Shown: positions 1 to 9,857 of the stretch, piece by piece
How the letters are laid out: every line of letters starts with the position of its first letter
Numbering within the stretch: position 1 is the stretch's first letter
Assembly (NCBI GenBank): GCA_963755915.1
Contig: CAVWLP010000002.1
Span: 2,176,001 to 2,240,000 of the forward strand
DNA: 64,000 nucleotides
Source of the DNA: an uncultured Phycisphaerales bacterium
GTDB taxonomy: Bacteria > Planctomycetota > Phycisphaerae > Tepidisphaerales > Tepidisphaeraceae
Direction: 5' to 3'
The notes under the pieces: generated by a model
Told to the model about the DNA's origin: nothing
Databases searched by the model: none
What the model saw: only the letters and a program-made list of their open reading frames with translations
Made by a program: the position numbers and the translations under genes

Positions 1-336
1 CCAGGTGGCATTCAAACACCATAGCTCTCCTCGCACCCTGGGCGGGATAAACGATGGGGCTGTTGAAATATCAAGATCATGGTGCGAAGATTCCTCGCAT
101 GTCGAGATTGAAAACATTTTCCGCTGGACGTCTCCGGTGCACGCTTCCACTGGCCGAATGGAAATTTTTGCGTAACAATTTCGTGCGACGGAATCGCCTC
201 GGTATCCGTCAACTGCGAAGACATTTAGCGCTCAGCCCACTGCCACATTGGCGTGTGATGGCTATCTAAGGGAACGCATGACCAAGCGAGGCGGCGAGCT
301 AACGACCGCAACATCGCTCGACACGAAATTCAAAGC

Positions 337-630
337 ATGGCTTGGGCGCGCGTGAAAGGGGCGACGGAGAACGCGTTGATGCAGGTGTTCAAACGTGCGT
401 TTATGTTTCGGCCGGGGTTTTTGAAGGCGACGCCCGGACAGAGGAATCTGCCGACGTCGTACCGCCTTTTTCAGTGGGTCTATCCTATCGGGCGGCTGGC
501 ATATCCGGCGGGGTTTTGCACGTTGCACGAATTGGGGCGGGCGATGATCAATGTGGCGATGAAGGGGTATGCGAAGCCGATTCTGGAAGTGAAGGATATT
601 GTTCGAGCGGGCTCCGATATGAGTCACTGA
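337..630 (+). pseudogene. C-terminal fragment of an NAD(P)-binding epimerase-like protein
   Basis: MWARVKGxTENAL...FRPGF...ILEVKDI pattern resembles the C-terminal half of this family; no N-terminal Rossmann motif upstream. Confidence 0.5.
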
Positions 631-831
631 TGGTAACCGCGGATGAACCCTGATAACGGCTGATGGTGCCGGGTTAATGCTCCATGACATCCGGCGGTGA
701 AACGCCGTCCTTCGGCCGATGCACCCTGCCGGTGGTGACCATTATTTAAGTCGAGAGGTTCATCGATATTTCAATGTCATGCGGTGATTTGTGAGGTTAT
801 AATGCACTAGAGCCGATAAGGATTGAAGCTT

Positions 832-1124
832 ATGTACCAGGTCCAACTAAGCGAAAAGCTATACCGTGAGGCCGAGCGCCAGCGCGCGAGGCGGGTTTCA
901 CGACTGTCGACGAATACGTGGCCGAAATTGTCAGTCAGGACCTGGTGGACGATTTTGTCGTGGAGACTCCCAACCTGGATCATCTGTTTACGCCCGACCG
1001 GCTCGCGGAGATCGACGAAGCGCAGGAGCAAATCAAAGCCGGGAACTTTTACACCGCCCAGCAGGTGCGCGAACATTTCAAGCGGAAGCGGGCAGAATGG
1101 AAAAAGAGGAATCCTTCGGCCTGA
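832..1124 (+). CDS. Putative antitoxin, frameshifted near 880
   Basis: Two frames join to give MYQVQLSEKLYREAERQ...AGFTTVDEYVAEIV...; lies directly before a ParE-like toxin; TATAAT at 798-803. Confidence 0.55.
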
Positions 1125-1444
1125 CCGTCATCTACGCGGCCAACGCTCTCGCGGAATTGGATGAAATCTGGGATTGGAACGAGGAATTCTACAGCGCCAA
1201 CCACGCGGACCAGTACGTGGCGTTTTTGCAGCGGCACATCGATAAGCTGGGGGAAGATCATCAGCGGGGACAATCGCTCAGTTTTCGCTCGGAATTGAGA
1301 TATATTTTTATTCGTCGCAGGTCCAAAGGATACGGCCACGTTGCCGTCTACCGCGTTGATCAAGAGCGAGTGAATGTTCTTCATGTCTTTCATTCGGCTC
1401 AGGACTGGCGGACGAAATTAAAGGAAGAGCTGGATGAGGAATGA
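1097..1444 (+). CDS. RelE/ParE family toxin
   Basis: VIYAANALAELDEIWDW...HVAVYRV...VLHVFHSAQDW, a typical ParE pattern. Confidence 0.8.
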   Translation: MEKEESFGLTVIYAANALAELDEIWDWNEEFYSANHADQYVAFLQRHIDKLGEDHQRGQSLSFRSELRYIFIRRRSKGYGHVAVYRVDQERVNVLHVFHSAQDWRTKLKEELDEE

Positions 1445-1543
1445 ATCGCGGAGCGATTCGGGTTGCAGCTATTGGGCCGGTTTGTGGGGGGAAAGGATCA
1501 TTGGAAGGCTCGTTTATGAGAACTTCAGGCAGTGTTCAGTTTA

Positions 1544-1585
1544 GGCCCTCACCCCGACCCTCTCCCGGCGTACCGGGAGAGGGGG
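1544..1585. repeat. REP-like palindrome family A, copy 1
   Basis: GGCCCTCACCC..CCCTCTCCCGG-CGTA-CCGGGAGAGGG hairpin; related copies at 1964, 22528, 45210, 59018, 61123. Confidence 0.8.
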
Positions 1586-1638
1586 AAGAGACGCAAAAGC
1601 GGTTGCCCGGGTAAATCTCTGGGGATTCACTTGCGTGC

Positions 1639-1876
1639 TTGGCGGAGGTATTGACGCACGCGGAATACAGCGAAGATCATTGGAAGGCTCGTTTACCCGC
1701 TTGAGATTTTGCGGTTCCTGATGGAGCAAAACGATATGAATGTTTCCGACCTCGGCAAAGTCCTCGGCAACAAAACTGCCGCCTCGCTCGTCCTCAGCGG
1801 CAAAAGAGAATTGAGCAAAGCCCACATCCGCAAACTTGCGGCCCGGTTCAAAGTCGATCCCGGCCTGTTTCTGTAA
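1639..1876 (+). pseudogene. Remnant of a HigB-HigA toxin-antitoxin pair
   Basis: VLTHAEYSEDHWKARL (HigB-like C-terminus) abuts PLEILRFLMEQNDM...SLVLSGKRELSKAHIRKLAARFKV (HigA-like HTH, 1697-1876); both lack N-termini. Confidence 0.7.
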
Positions 1877-1963
1877 GCGAAACGCTACCCGCACCGTCTC
1901 GTAATTGGAGCGGAAGCAATACAGCCATTATGCTGTGTTGAGGTCCTTGTTGATCGGTATTCC

Positions 1964-2011
1964 GGCCCCCACCCTCACCCTCCCCCGGAGTACCAGGAGA
2001 GGGGATAAGAG
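1964..2011. repeat. REP-like palindrome family A, copy 2
   Basis: GGCCCCCACCCTCACCCTCCCCCGGAGTACCAGGAGAGGGGATAAGAG. Confidence 0.75.
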
Positions 2012-2053
2012 CGCGGATTGCCGAAGGTTATCAACAGAGCAGCGCGTTCAGGC

Positions 2054-3052
2054 ATGGGCAGCGAATCTCCATCCCACTCTCGACCCAACTACGGCATCGA
2101 TGCCCCCGATGTCGTCCGCAACCTTTTCGTTATCGGAGCCGTCGGCATCATCCTCGCCACTCTGCTCGCCCTCGCTGAATCCCATGGCTTTCTCATCTTC
2201 ATCCGGTTTCTCCTCACCCCCCTCTGGTTCATCGGCATCACCTTCGTTCTGCAGGGCTTCGTCATGCTCTGGGGCAGCAAGGTCGGAAAACTCCGCCTTC
2301 GCGACAAGCTGATCGCCTCGATGCCCTGGCGTGGCGACGAAACCGTCCTCGACGTCGGCTGCGGCCGCGGGCTTCTCCTCATCGCCGCCGCCCGGCAGCT
2401 CCGCTCCGGCAAAGCCATTGGCGTTGATATCTGGCAAACCGAAGATCAAACCGGCAATTCCCCCGACGCCACCTGGCAGAACATCCGCCTCGAAAACGTC
2501 GTCGACCGCATCGAACTGCAAGACGCCGATGCTCGCAAACTGCCCTTCCCCGACAACACCTTTGACGTCGTCCTCTCAAGCTGGGCGATTCACAACATCT
2601 ACAGCACCGCCGGCCGCGAGACGGCGCTGGGCGAAATGATCCGCGTCCTGAAGCCCGGCGGCCGCCTCGCCATCGTCGACATTCGCCACGTGCCGCAGTA
2701 CGCCGAATTCCTCAGCCGGCACAATTTGCTCGATATCCAGCAATCGCGCCCCAGCTATCTGTTCGTCATCCCCACGCTCACGCTCACCGCCCGGAAACCG
2801 CAAAGCTCTGTTCCGGCAGCCTCTCTTCCCGATGCGTCGGCAGCGACTCCAGAAACTCCTCCCCCGCCCCCGCAAACCACGCCAGCCCATGATGCACCCG
2901 CCGGGGCCGCAGGATCGGGCGAAACGTCGCCGCCGCTGCCAGCAAAATCATCGGCAGCACGATTGCCAGAATCTCCAGGAGAGGGCGGATTTTCGCCGCA
3001 TAGCGGCAGTCCACCCAGCAGAATAGATTCGCCAGCCCCAGAAATCCGATGA
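2054..3052 (+). CDS. Class I SAM-dependent methyltransferase with N-terminal membrane anchor
   Basis: VLDVGCGRG motif I, DARKLPFPDNTFDVV, RVLKPGG; the Pro-rich tail overlaps the convergent gene, so the true stop may be earlier. Confidence 0.85.
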   Translation: MGSESPSHSRPNYGIDAPDVVRNLFVIGAVGIILATLLALAESHGFLIFIRFLLTPLWFIGITFVLQGFVMLWGSKVGKLRLRDKLIASMPWRGDETVLDVGCGRGLLLIAAARQLRSGKAIGVDIWQTEDQTGNSPDATWQNIRLENVVDRIELQDADARKLPFPDNTFDVVLSSWAIHNIYSTAGRETALGEMIRVLKPGGRLAIVDIRHVPQYAEFLSRHNLLDIQQSRPSYLFVIPTLTLTARKPQSSVPAASLPDASAATPETPPPPPQTTPAHDAPAGAAGSGETSPPLPAKSSAARLPESPGEGGFSPHSGSPPSRIDSPAPEIR

Positions 3053-3383
3053 TCGCCGCGCGCCCGAGTACCTGCATCCGATGCCGCAGGCACATGCTGT
3101 ACGCGACGTCGATCGGCCGGTCGTCTGCGCAGTGCGCATTCCATCCCGCAGAACTGAAAAGCGGATACCACGGGCTCAGCGTCGAAATCCGCCGGACCAT
3201 GCGCAGCCCCCCGCACTCGGCGTTGCACTTCACGCAGCGCGTCGGAAGCACGCACGCGGGCGAGATCACAAACAGCATCCCGTCGCGCTGCGGAGTTAGA
3301 ACGGCCTCAGATGTTTCCAGTTCGATCAAGTACGTTCGCGCGGCTTGCGCCGTGCGCCTCAGTTCCTCTATCGCAATATCCAA
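2784..3383 (-). CDS. Hypothetical membrane protein with CxxC motif
   Basis: LPTRCVKCN motif, two hydrophobic segments, GAGEEFLESLP ending. Confidence 0.6.
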   Translation of the reverse strand: MDIAIEELRRTAQAARTYLIELETSEAVLTPQRDGMLFVISPACVLPTRCVKCNAECGGLRMVRRISTLSPWYPLFSSAGWNAHCADDRPIDVAYSMCLRHRMQVLGRAAIIGFLGLANLFCWVDCRYAAKIRPLLEILAIVLPMILLAAAATFRPILRPRRVHHGLAWFAGAGEEFLESLPTHREERLPEQSFAVSGR

Positions 3384-3408
3384 TAGAACCCCCGGCCCCG
3401 CAAAACCC

Positions 3409-4002
3409 TCACCAAACCCGGTTCACGGCTTCCACAACCGCCAGAATATCGGCCGTCACTTCTTGCACCGGCCTCGTCGCGTTGATGTTATAAACCTTAT
3501 TCCTCCCGTAAAACTCCAGCAGCGGCTGCGTCTGCTCTTCATACACATCGATGCGGTGGCGGATCACTTCGATATTCGTGTCATCCGCGCGGTTTTCAAT
3601 CGCCGCCCGCTTGCTGAGCCGGGCGACGATCTGCTCCACGTCATTGCAGTAAAGGTTCAGCACGGCGCGCACGTCCAGGTCCTCGGCCATGAGGCGTGCC
3701 TGATCGAGCGTCCGCGGAATCCCATCCAGCAAAAGAAACTGATCCACCGGCTTATATTTTCCGGACGCCACCCGCTCCTGAATCGCGCCGCGCCACAATC
3801 GGACCGTGAGCTCATCCGGCACCAGCGCCCCACTCTTCGAATACTTCGCAAACTCCTTGCCGATGTCGCTATTCGGATCCAGCGCCCGAAAGACGTCGCC
3901 GCACGCGCAATGATAATAGGGCGGCATGGCGCCAAGAACCTTCCCCTGTGTTCCCTTCCCGCTGCCGGGCGGGCCGAAAAGCAGAATGGTGCGGTATGGC
4001 AT
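3409..4002 (-). CDS. adk: Adenylate kinase
   Basis: GPPGSGKGTQ P-loop, LLDGIPRT, RADD. Confidence 0.9.
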   Translation of the reverse strand: MPYRTILLFGPPGSGKGTQGKVLGAMPPYYHCACGDVFRALDPNSDIGKEFAKYSKSGALVPDELTVRLWRGAIQERVASGKYKPVDQFLLLDGIPRTLDQARLMAEDLDVRAVLNLYCNDVEQIVARLSKRAAIENRADDTNIEVIRHRIDVYEEQTQPLLEFYGRNKVYNINATRPVQEVTADILAVVEAVNRVW

Positions 4003-4092
4003 AGAGGAGCGATTTCTCGATTGGCCAGGCAAACTGCCCGACGGGCGAAAGTATACCGGACAGAGCCTTTAGGGCATGAGGTTCAAAAACGA

Positions 4093-4620
4093 TCACGAAT
4101 TCAAGCCCAGCCGCCTGCGGTAAATCGCCGCATCGCCCGAGTCAAAGCAGCAAAATATGATTTCTTTCGGACGCGGATTCCGGGCCAACCACTCGACCAC
4201 CGCGGCCACCGCCACGTCACAGGCCTCCGCTTTCGGATACCCGTAAACCCCTGTGGAAATGCACGGAAAAGCAATCGACTCCAACCCCGCCTCAGCGGCA
4301 AGGCGAAGCGACTCGCGATAACACGCCCCCAGCAATTCCGCCTCACGGTATCCACCCCCATCCCAAACCGGCCCCACCGCGTGAATCACATGCCGCGCCT
4401 TTAGCCGATGCCCGCCCGTCATCTTCGCCATCCCCGTCGCGCAACCGCCCAACTTTCCGCACTCCGCCAAAAGCCCCGGCCCGGCTGCCTGATGAATCGC
4501 CCCATCAACTCCGCCACCGCCAAGCAGCGAGTGATTGGCGGCGTTCACGATGGCGTCAACTTCCAACTTCGTGATATCGCCCTCGATAACTCGGATGCGG
4601 TTGTGTAAAGCGAGTGCCAT
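4093..4620 (-). CDS. Macro-domain O-acetyl-ADP-ribose deacetylase (YmdB-like)
   Basis: GDIT...DAIVNAANxSLLGGGGVDGAIH, FPCISTGVYGYP. Confidence 0.9.
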   Translation of the reverse strand: MALALHNRIRVIEGDITKLEVDAIVNAANHSLLGGGGVDGAIHQAAGPGLLAECGKLGGCATGMAKMTGGHRLKARHVIHAVGPVWDGGGYREAELLGACYRESLRLAAEAGLESIAFPCISTGVYGYPKAEACDVAVAAVVEWLARNPRPKEIIFCCFDSGDAAIYRRRLGLNS

Positions 4621-4723
4621 CCAGGGTTATTTTACTTTTTCAGTATAGGGTCGCCACAGTCAGGTGGTCTGGCCCAACACGTTGCGATCGCGTTGGGGAC
4701 TCGCTTCAGGTTAACGCACAAAT

Positions 4724-5329
4724 TCAATCGGCCCGCGGACTATGTCTAAGCGAATCAAGATATCGCGGAAGTTCCGTAAGCGGCAAAAATCCATGGTCGC
4801 CAGGGGATTCCGGAAGAGCGGTCACCTCAACGGGACCAATCTCGCTCGACGAGCTTCGTTCGCCCAGCGCGGTATCGAGGATGACATACACGGCGTTTAC
4901 CGCTTGCCGCCTCGTCGTTTTTGCCATGTTCCGAATACCAACTCTAAGCCCCAGCCGCTCGGCTTGTGAGCTCTTCCTCAGCGGCAAAAACCACATCGAT
5001 TCAGGATCGAACTCAACCCCTTCATAATTTGTTTTGAAATCAAAACCCATCGGAGGTTTAAGCGCCGTAAATTTCCAACCCGCGATTTTTGGCGCACGAG
5101 CGATTATGGCCTCAACTACCGGAAACGCCTCTCGATCACCCTGTGCTGTAATGACGAAGTCGCGAATGCCACCATCGGGGTTCGAAACCTCGAACCAAAG
5201 GCGTTTATCAATACGCTTCAATTCCGCCAGCGGAATATCCCAGGAAGGGTCACCTCCGTTGGTCAGTGCACTTACCTCGGGCAGGTGAGATTGAAACCAG
5301 GTCCAGAACTCGTGAATTAGGTCACTCAT
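4724..5329 (-). CDS. Hypothetical protein
   Basis: ORF of about 200 aa (FWTWF...LDTALGE) directly downstream of the MNIO partner gene. Confidence 0.6.
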   Translation of the reverse strand: MSDLIHEFWTWFQSHLPEVSALTNGGDPSWDIPLAELKRIDKRLWFEVSNPDGGIRDFVITAQGDREAFPVVEAIIARAPKIAGWKFTALKPPMGFDFKTNYEGVEFDPESMWFLPLRKSSQAERLGLRVGIRNMAKTTRRQAVNAVYVILDTALGERSSSSEIGPVEVTALPESPGDHGFLPLTELPRYLDSLRHSPRAD

Positions 5330-5346
5330 CACCAACCTGTGAACCG

Positions 5347-6255
5347 TCAGCCTCGTTTACAAAACCACCCCAGCCCCGTCCAACTCTCAAACCACCGCCG
5401 AATCAATTCCGGATCGGGGCTGTTCGCAAAGGCCGCCTTGATCGCCTTCCCCAGGGTTGCCCCCTTATCGAGTTCCGTCAGCAACTGATACCCGCGCTCC
5501 TCGATCCGCTTGTAATACAACATATTCTCCACCCGATGCACCACCACAAACGTCTCCTTCGCCCGCGGAATCGGCGGCTGTCTCACCACCCGCGCCTTTT
5601 CCGGCGATTGCTCCTCCATCGCATTGCTCGCATCCTTGCGCAGATCCCTTTTTTTAAGCCGGATCAGATACTCATCCAGCGGATACCCCAGCCGCAGCAC
5701 CGTCAGATAAGGCTGAAGCCCCAGCCGGATTTTCGCCGGATCTTTCCCCAGCAGATCGTCCACCGTCACCGCCGGCAGCGCGTTGCCGTCAAACGCCTCC
5801 ACCTGGGCCCACTCGAACCTGGCCATATCCAGCGCCAGCCCAAGCCGCGGCGAAACCAGTTTTGGATTCTTCTCGATAAATTCCGCTAGCGCGTGCCCCA
5901 AATTTCTCATCGTGAAGGAGGTCGACGGATGCGTCTCCAGATATCGGACCGCGAGTTTGTTGAATTTCAATCGCCCCAGTATCGCCCGCAGCCCCGGGAA
6001 ATCGCCGTAAAACGAATCGATGAGCCGAAACCAGTATTGCCGGTTGTAGATTTCGATCCGCTCGAAGCTCGTCAATCGGTCGTTGGGCTTGATGAATTCC
6101 GCCGTCACCTTGCGCATATCGCGCTGGTTTTTCCATTTCGATTGCATCCTCCACTGACGCGACAGCGGCCGCATGATGACCGCCCCGGCGAGCCGCTGAA
6201 GCTCGCGCAGTTCCCCCAGCGTCTGCCTTCTTCGTTTTGGGACGGTCTTTGTCAT
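5347..6255 (-). CDS. DUF2063-type MNIO partner/chaperone (BufC/HvfC-like)
   Basis: ERIEIYNRQYWFRL..DFPGL..LG..F..L..YL..HPS..DMARFEWA; overlaps the DUF692 stop. Confidence 0.8.
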   Translation of the reverse strand: MTKTVPKRRRQTLGELRELQRLAGAVIMRPLSRQWRMQSKWKNQRDMRKVTAEFIKPNDRLTSFERIEIYNRQYWFRLIDSFYGDFPGLRAILGRLKFNKLAVRYLETHPSTSFTMRNLGHALAEFIEKNPKLVSPRLGLALDMARFEWAQVEAFDGNALPAVTVDDLLGKDPAKIRLGLQPYLTVLRLGYPLDEYLIRLKKRDLRKDASNAMEEQSPEKARVVRQPPIPRAKETFVVVHRVENMLYYKRIEERGYQLLTELDKGATLGKAIKAAFANSPDPELIRRWFESWTGLGWFCKRG

Positions 6256-7139
6256 ACCATCGCCACCGCCGTTTGCGCTGCCAGCTCCCGGTCGTTTTTC
6301 TTATCCTTCACGGCATCCAGAAATTTCTTCGCCTTCATCGCCTCGCGATGAACCTCCTCGAACGACGGAATATTCGCGTCCCACTCCAGCAGCGTCGACG
6401 TCGGCCCGCATTTGCGGATCGCATGTGCATACATCTTCCACACCGGGTCCAGCACCGGATGGTCGTGCGTGTCCAGGATATATTTCTCGTACTTCGTATG
6501 CCCCGCGATGTGCATCTGTCCGACCCGATGGTGGGGAATGTTGTTCAGATATTCATACGGATCGAAACTGTGGTTCTTGCTCGACACATAGATGTTGTTC
6601 ACATCCAGCAAAATCCCGCAGTCCGCCCGTTCCACGACTTCGCTCAGGAATTCCCACTCCGTCATCTCCGAAGCGTGGTATTCCGCGTAGCTGCTCACGT
6701 TCTCCACGCAGACGGGAATCTCCAGAAAATCCCTGACCTCTTTAATCCGCTTGGCCGTATTCTTCGCGCACGCAAACGTGTAAGGCGTCGGCAGCAGGTC
6801 GTGCGTATAGGTTCCATCCACGCTTCCCCAGCACAGATGATCCGACAAGAACGGCGTCTTCGTCCGCTTCACCAGGTTCTTGAGCCGTTTGAGCTGCTCC
6901 CGATCCATCCGGTCGGTCGAGCCGAAATAAAGCGCCACCCCATGCTGAATCACCTGGTACTGCTCAAGAATCTCGTCCAGCACTTCCAGCGGCCGCCCCG
7001 CGTCGCACATATAGTTTTCGGAAATAATCTCAAACCAATCGCAGGTCGGCTTCTTGCTCAGAATATGCCGGTAGTGCGGAATCCTCAGCCCGATCCCAAT
7101 CCCCAGCTCCGTAAACCCGTTAAATCGATTGGCCGGCAT
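6252..7139 (-). CDS. DUF692 family multinuclear non-heme iron oxidase (MNIO)
   Basis: GIGLR, FEIISENYM, SDHLCW, ENVSSY, LLDVNNIYV, HIAGH, DTHD, LLEWD motifs. Confidence 0.93.
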   Translation of the reverse strand: MPANRFNGFTELGIGIGLRIPHYRHILSKKPTCDWFEIISENYMCDAGRPLEVLDEILEQYQVIQHGVALYFGSTDRMDREQLKRLKNLVKRTKTPFLSDHLCWGSVDGTYTHDLLPTPYTFACAKNTAKRIKEVRDFLEIPVCVENVSSYAEYHASEMTEWEFLSEVVERADCGILLDVNNIYVSSKNHSFDPYEYLNNIPHHRVGQMHIAGHTKYEKYILDTHDHPVLDPVWKMYAHAIRKCGPTSTLLEWDANIPSFEEVHREAMKAKKFLDAVKDKKNDRELAAQTAVAMV

Positions 7140-7167
7140 AGGTCCTCACGCGCTTCGATATGATCCG

Positions 7168-7200
7168 AAAAAAGGGACCCGGCGCTTGCGCCGGATCCCT
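7168..7200 (-). terminator. Intrinsic terminator between precursor and MNIO genes
   Basis: Minus strand AGGGATCCGGCGC-AA-GCGCCGGGTCCC followed by a T-run. Confidence 0.65.
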
Positions 7201-7225
7201 CATTTTTTCAAGCAACGCTGTCCGA

Positions 7226-7549
7226 TTAGAACGACAGCGAGCCGGAGGTCTTGCAACCGCCGTTGCCTTTGCAGCTATTCTTGCCTTTACACCCGTTGTC
7301 GCCGGTGCTGCACCCGCCCTGGCCCTTGCAGTCGTTCTTGCCTTTGCAATCGTGCTGGGTCGTCGCGCCGTCCATCGCCCGGGCCTTCACGCCCGCGTTG
7401 GCCACGATCGACGCCTTGACCGACGTAGACTGCGAAATTCCCGCCGTCGCCGCCTTCGCATGGCTCGTTGCTCCGCTGAGCAGTCCCGCGAACGCCGCCG
7501 CCGCCAGCAATCCCGTCGACGATCCCAATATTTTCGTGCTGCGCTTCAT
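7226..7549 (-). CDS. Secreted Cys-rich RiPP precursor (bufferin-like)
   Basis: Signal-peptide-like N-terminus and two CKGKNxCKGxGGC repeats; lies upstream of DUF692/DUF2063. Confidence 0.85.
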   Translation of the reverse strand: MKRSTKILGSSTGLLAAAAFAGLLSGATSHAKAATAGISQSTSVKASIVANAGVKARAMDGATTQHDCKGKNDCKGQGGCSTGDNGCKGKNSCKGNGGCKTSGSLSF

Positions 7550-7940
7550 AGAATCTTTCCTTTCGAGGTGGAACCTCGGAACCTTGCAAAACGTTTGCAA
7601 TGCCCCGCGATTCATTATTTGTTTTGCGTACCCTGATCGTTAAAAACAACCAGTTATCTCTTTCGCTGCTGCGTCGAAAAGCCTCCTTTCCGATTCCAGA
7701 GCGAATAGCCCTGCGTTGCTCCCTGTTTCGAGGTGTCTCCACACCCATTATACGAATCCGGCATTTCCCACAAAAAACTGCCAGTTTTCCTACACACCCA
7801 CTATACGCAAACCCCAATTGCCCGGATGAGTTAAAAACATGCAAGCGCTATGTTAAGCGCAAAGAGCGGCCATCCCGCCGCCCGCTATTCCCACGACGAA
7901 ATGACGCAAATCCCGACTTCGCGCCGCCTATTTCCACGGC

Positions 7941-9062
7941 TTACTTTTTTTGCGGTTCCGACCCGTGCCCCAGTTTTGCCTTCAGCTCTTCGACCTCTTC
8001 CTTCAACTTTCGGATGGTGACCACCAGGTCCGGCAGCCGTCGCTGCGCCGCGTTTTCCCGCAGGCTCTGCCGATGCGGAAGCGCCGGCATGCCGCTGACG
8101 ATCTCGTTCGCCTCGACGTCGTTCGCCACCGCCGCGCACGCCGCCACCATCGCCCCATCCCCGATCCGGATATGGTCGCGCAGCGCCGCCTGTCCTCCCA
8201 GCGAAACCTGCGTTCCCAGCACCGCGCTTCCCGCCAAACCCGCCTGCCCGGCGATAACGCAGTGCTCCCCGATCACCACGTTATGACCGATCTGCACCAG
8301 ATTATCGATTTTGGTCCCCCGTCCGATCTGCGTCACGCTGAATTTCGCCCGGTCGATGCAGACGCATGAACCGATCTCCACATCATCCCCGATCACCACG
8401 TTCCCGATCTGCGGAATCTTCGCCTGCTTCGTCCCATCCCACCGGTATCCGAATCCATCCGTCCCCAGCACGCTACCGGCATTGATCGACACCCGCGACC
8501 CAATCCGAATCCGCTCGCGGATCGTCACATTCGGGAAAATCTCGCAATCCTCCCCGATCACCACGTCCTTCCCGATGTAGACCAGCGGGTGAATGACCGA
8601 TCCCTTCCCGATCTGCGCTCCCGCCCCGATCACGCAAAACGCCCCGATCGAAACATTGGGTCCGATTTTTGCCGTCGGATCGACCACCGCCCGCGCATCC
8701 GTCCCCGGCGCCGGACGCTCCCGCTCCGGCGCAAATGCCTCCAGCACCTTCGCCATCGCCAGGTCCGCGTCGCTTACCGTCAGAACGATCGCCCGCGGCG
8801 TCTCCGTCAGGTGGATCTTCTTATGCACCAGCACCGCCCCCGCGGCCGTCGCATTGAACTCCTTCAAAAACGCTTCCGAACCCAGAAACGAAATGTCGCT
8901 CGGACCCGCTTCCGTCAGCGCGGCAACGCCCGTGATCCGCAAGTCCCCCGGTGGGGCGCAACCCAGCATCGCCGCGATCTCACGTAAACCGATCCCTCGA
9001 GAACCATTCTTCATCGGCCTCTGATCTGATTCGAGAAGCGATCGCTCATCCATCACGCTCAA
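7941..9062 (-). CDS. lpxD: UDP-3-O-acylglucosamine N-acyltransferase
   Basis: Hexapeptide repeats, GTDGFGY, KIDNLVQIGHNV. Confidence 0.93.
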   Translation of the reverse strand: MSVMDERSLLESDQRPMKNGSRGIGLREIAAMLGCAPPGDLRITGVAALTEAGPSDISFLGSEAFLKEFNATAAGAVLVHKKIHLTETPRAIVLTVSDADLAMAKVLEAFAPERERPAPGTDARAVVDPTAKIGPNVSIGAFCVIGAGAQIGKGSVIHPLVYIGKDVVIGEDCEIFPNVTIRERIRIGSRVSINAGSVLGTDGFGYRWDGTKQAKIPQIGNVVIGDDVEIGSCVCIDRAKFSVTQIGRGTKIDNLVQIGHNVVIGEHCVIAGQAGLAGSAVLGTQVSLGGQAALRDHIRIGDGAMVAACAAVANDVEANEIVSGMPALPHRQSLRENAAQRRLPDLVVTIRKLKEEVEELKAKLGHGSEPQKK

Positions 9063-9709
9063 TGGCTGGGTTCCGGCGCTGGTGCGGGCGCCGCCCCACC
9101 CGTGTTGTCCGTGCTGTACTTCTTGTCCATTTCGATCACCACTTTATCCGTGATGTCCAGCGCGGGATCGCTGTACAGGACCGTGTGTTCCAGGATCGTC
9201 TGCAAAAACGCCCCTGCATCCAGCTTATCGAGTTCCGGAAAATCGGGCTGGCCCCCGTTGACCACGACCGTCAGCCCGTCTTCCTTCGCCACGTCCGCAA
9301 CCGCGTCCTGGATCTTCTTGAACAGCGCCTTCTCCTCCTCGCGCTGGATCCGCATCATGTTCACTTGCTTCGCCTGCAGCCACGCCTGCGAATTCGCCTG
9401 GTCTTCCGTGAACTTCTCCACCTTGTCGTCATATTCCTTCGACGTCGGCAGCAGCAGCTTCAGCTCGTCGGCTTCCGTTTGAAGCTCGCCCTTCTTCACG
9501 GTCGCTTCGTTCTGAAGCGTCTCCCCATCCGCTTTCCACTTCGACATGACGTCTTTGCCTTCCTGAATCTTGTTCAGGACGGTCACCGGGTCGCAAACGC
9601 CCAATTTCAGCGGTGGGGCGCTCGTGTCGTCCGCCAACCCAACACCCGCCGACATCATCATTCCCGCCGCGCCCACCAACACCGCCAACAACGCTGATCG
9701 AACTTTCAT
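9059..9709 (-). CDS. skp: OmpH/Skp outer-membrane chaperone
   Basis: Signal peptide, coiled coil, LDITDKV ending; located between bamA and lpxD. Confidence 0.8.
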   Translation of the reverse strand: MKVRSALLAVLVGAAGMMMSAGVGLADDTSAPPLKLGVCDPVTVLNKIQEGKDVMSKWKADGETLQNEATVKKGELQTEADELKLLLPTSKEYDDKVEKFTEDQANSQAWLQAKQVNMMRIQREEEKALFKKIQDAVADVAKEDGLTVVVNGGQPDFPELDKLDAGAFLQTILEHTVLYSDPALDITDKVVIEMDKKYSTDNTGGAAPAPAPEPSH

Positions 9710-9857
9710 ATCAATTCCTCTGGAAAAGAATCCAAGAACACTGGTCAGATAGTAATGGAAACCGCCTTTATGCGAAACTTCAAGCCCCACCCTTTGCCGA
9801 CGCGTCTCCTCCCCGAAATGTCCTCAAAATGCCTTATTTTGCAGTTAACCTGTTATC

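Noticed and set aside
54-269. Short ORFs at the window start
   Set aside because: No recognisable motif and truncated context.
2784-3052. 269-bp convergent overlap between the methyltransferase and its neighbour
   Set aside because: The extension is low-complexity antisense read-through, probably a lost stop or an indel error.
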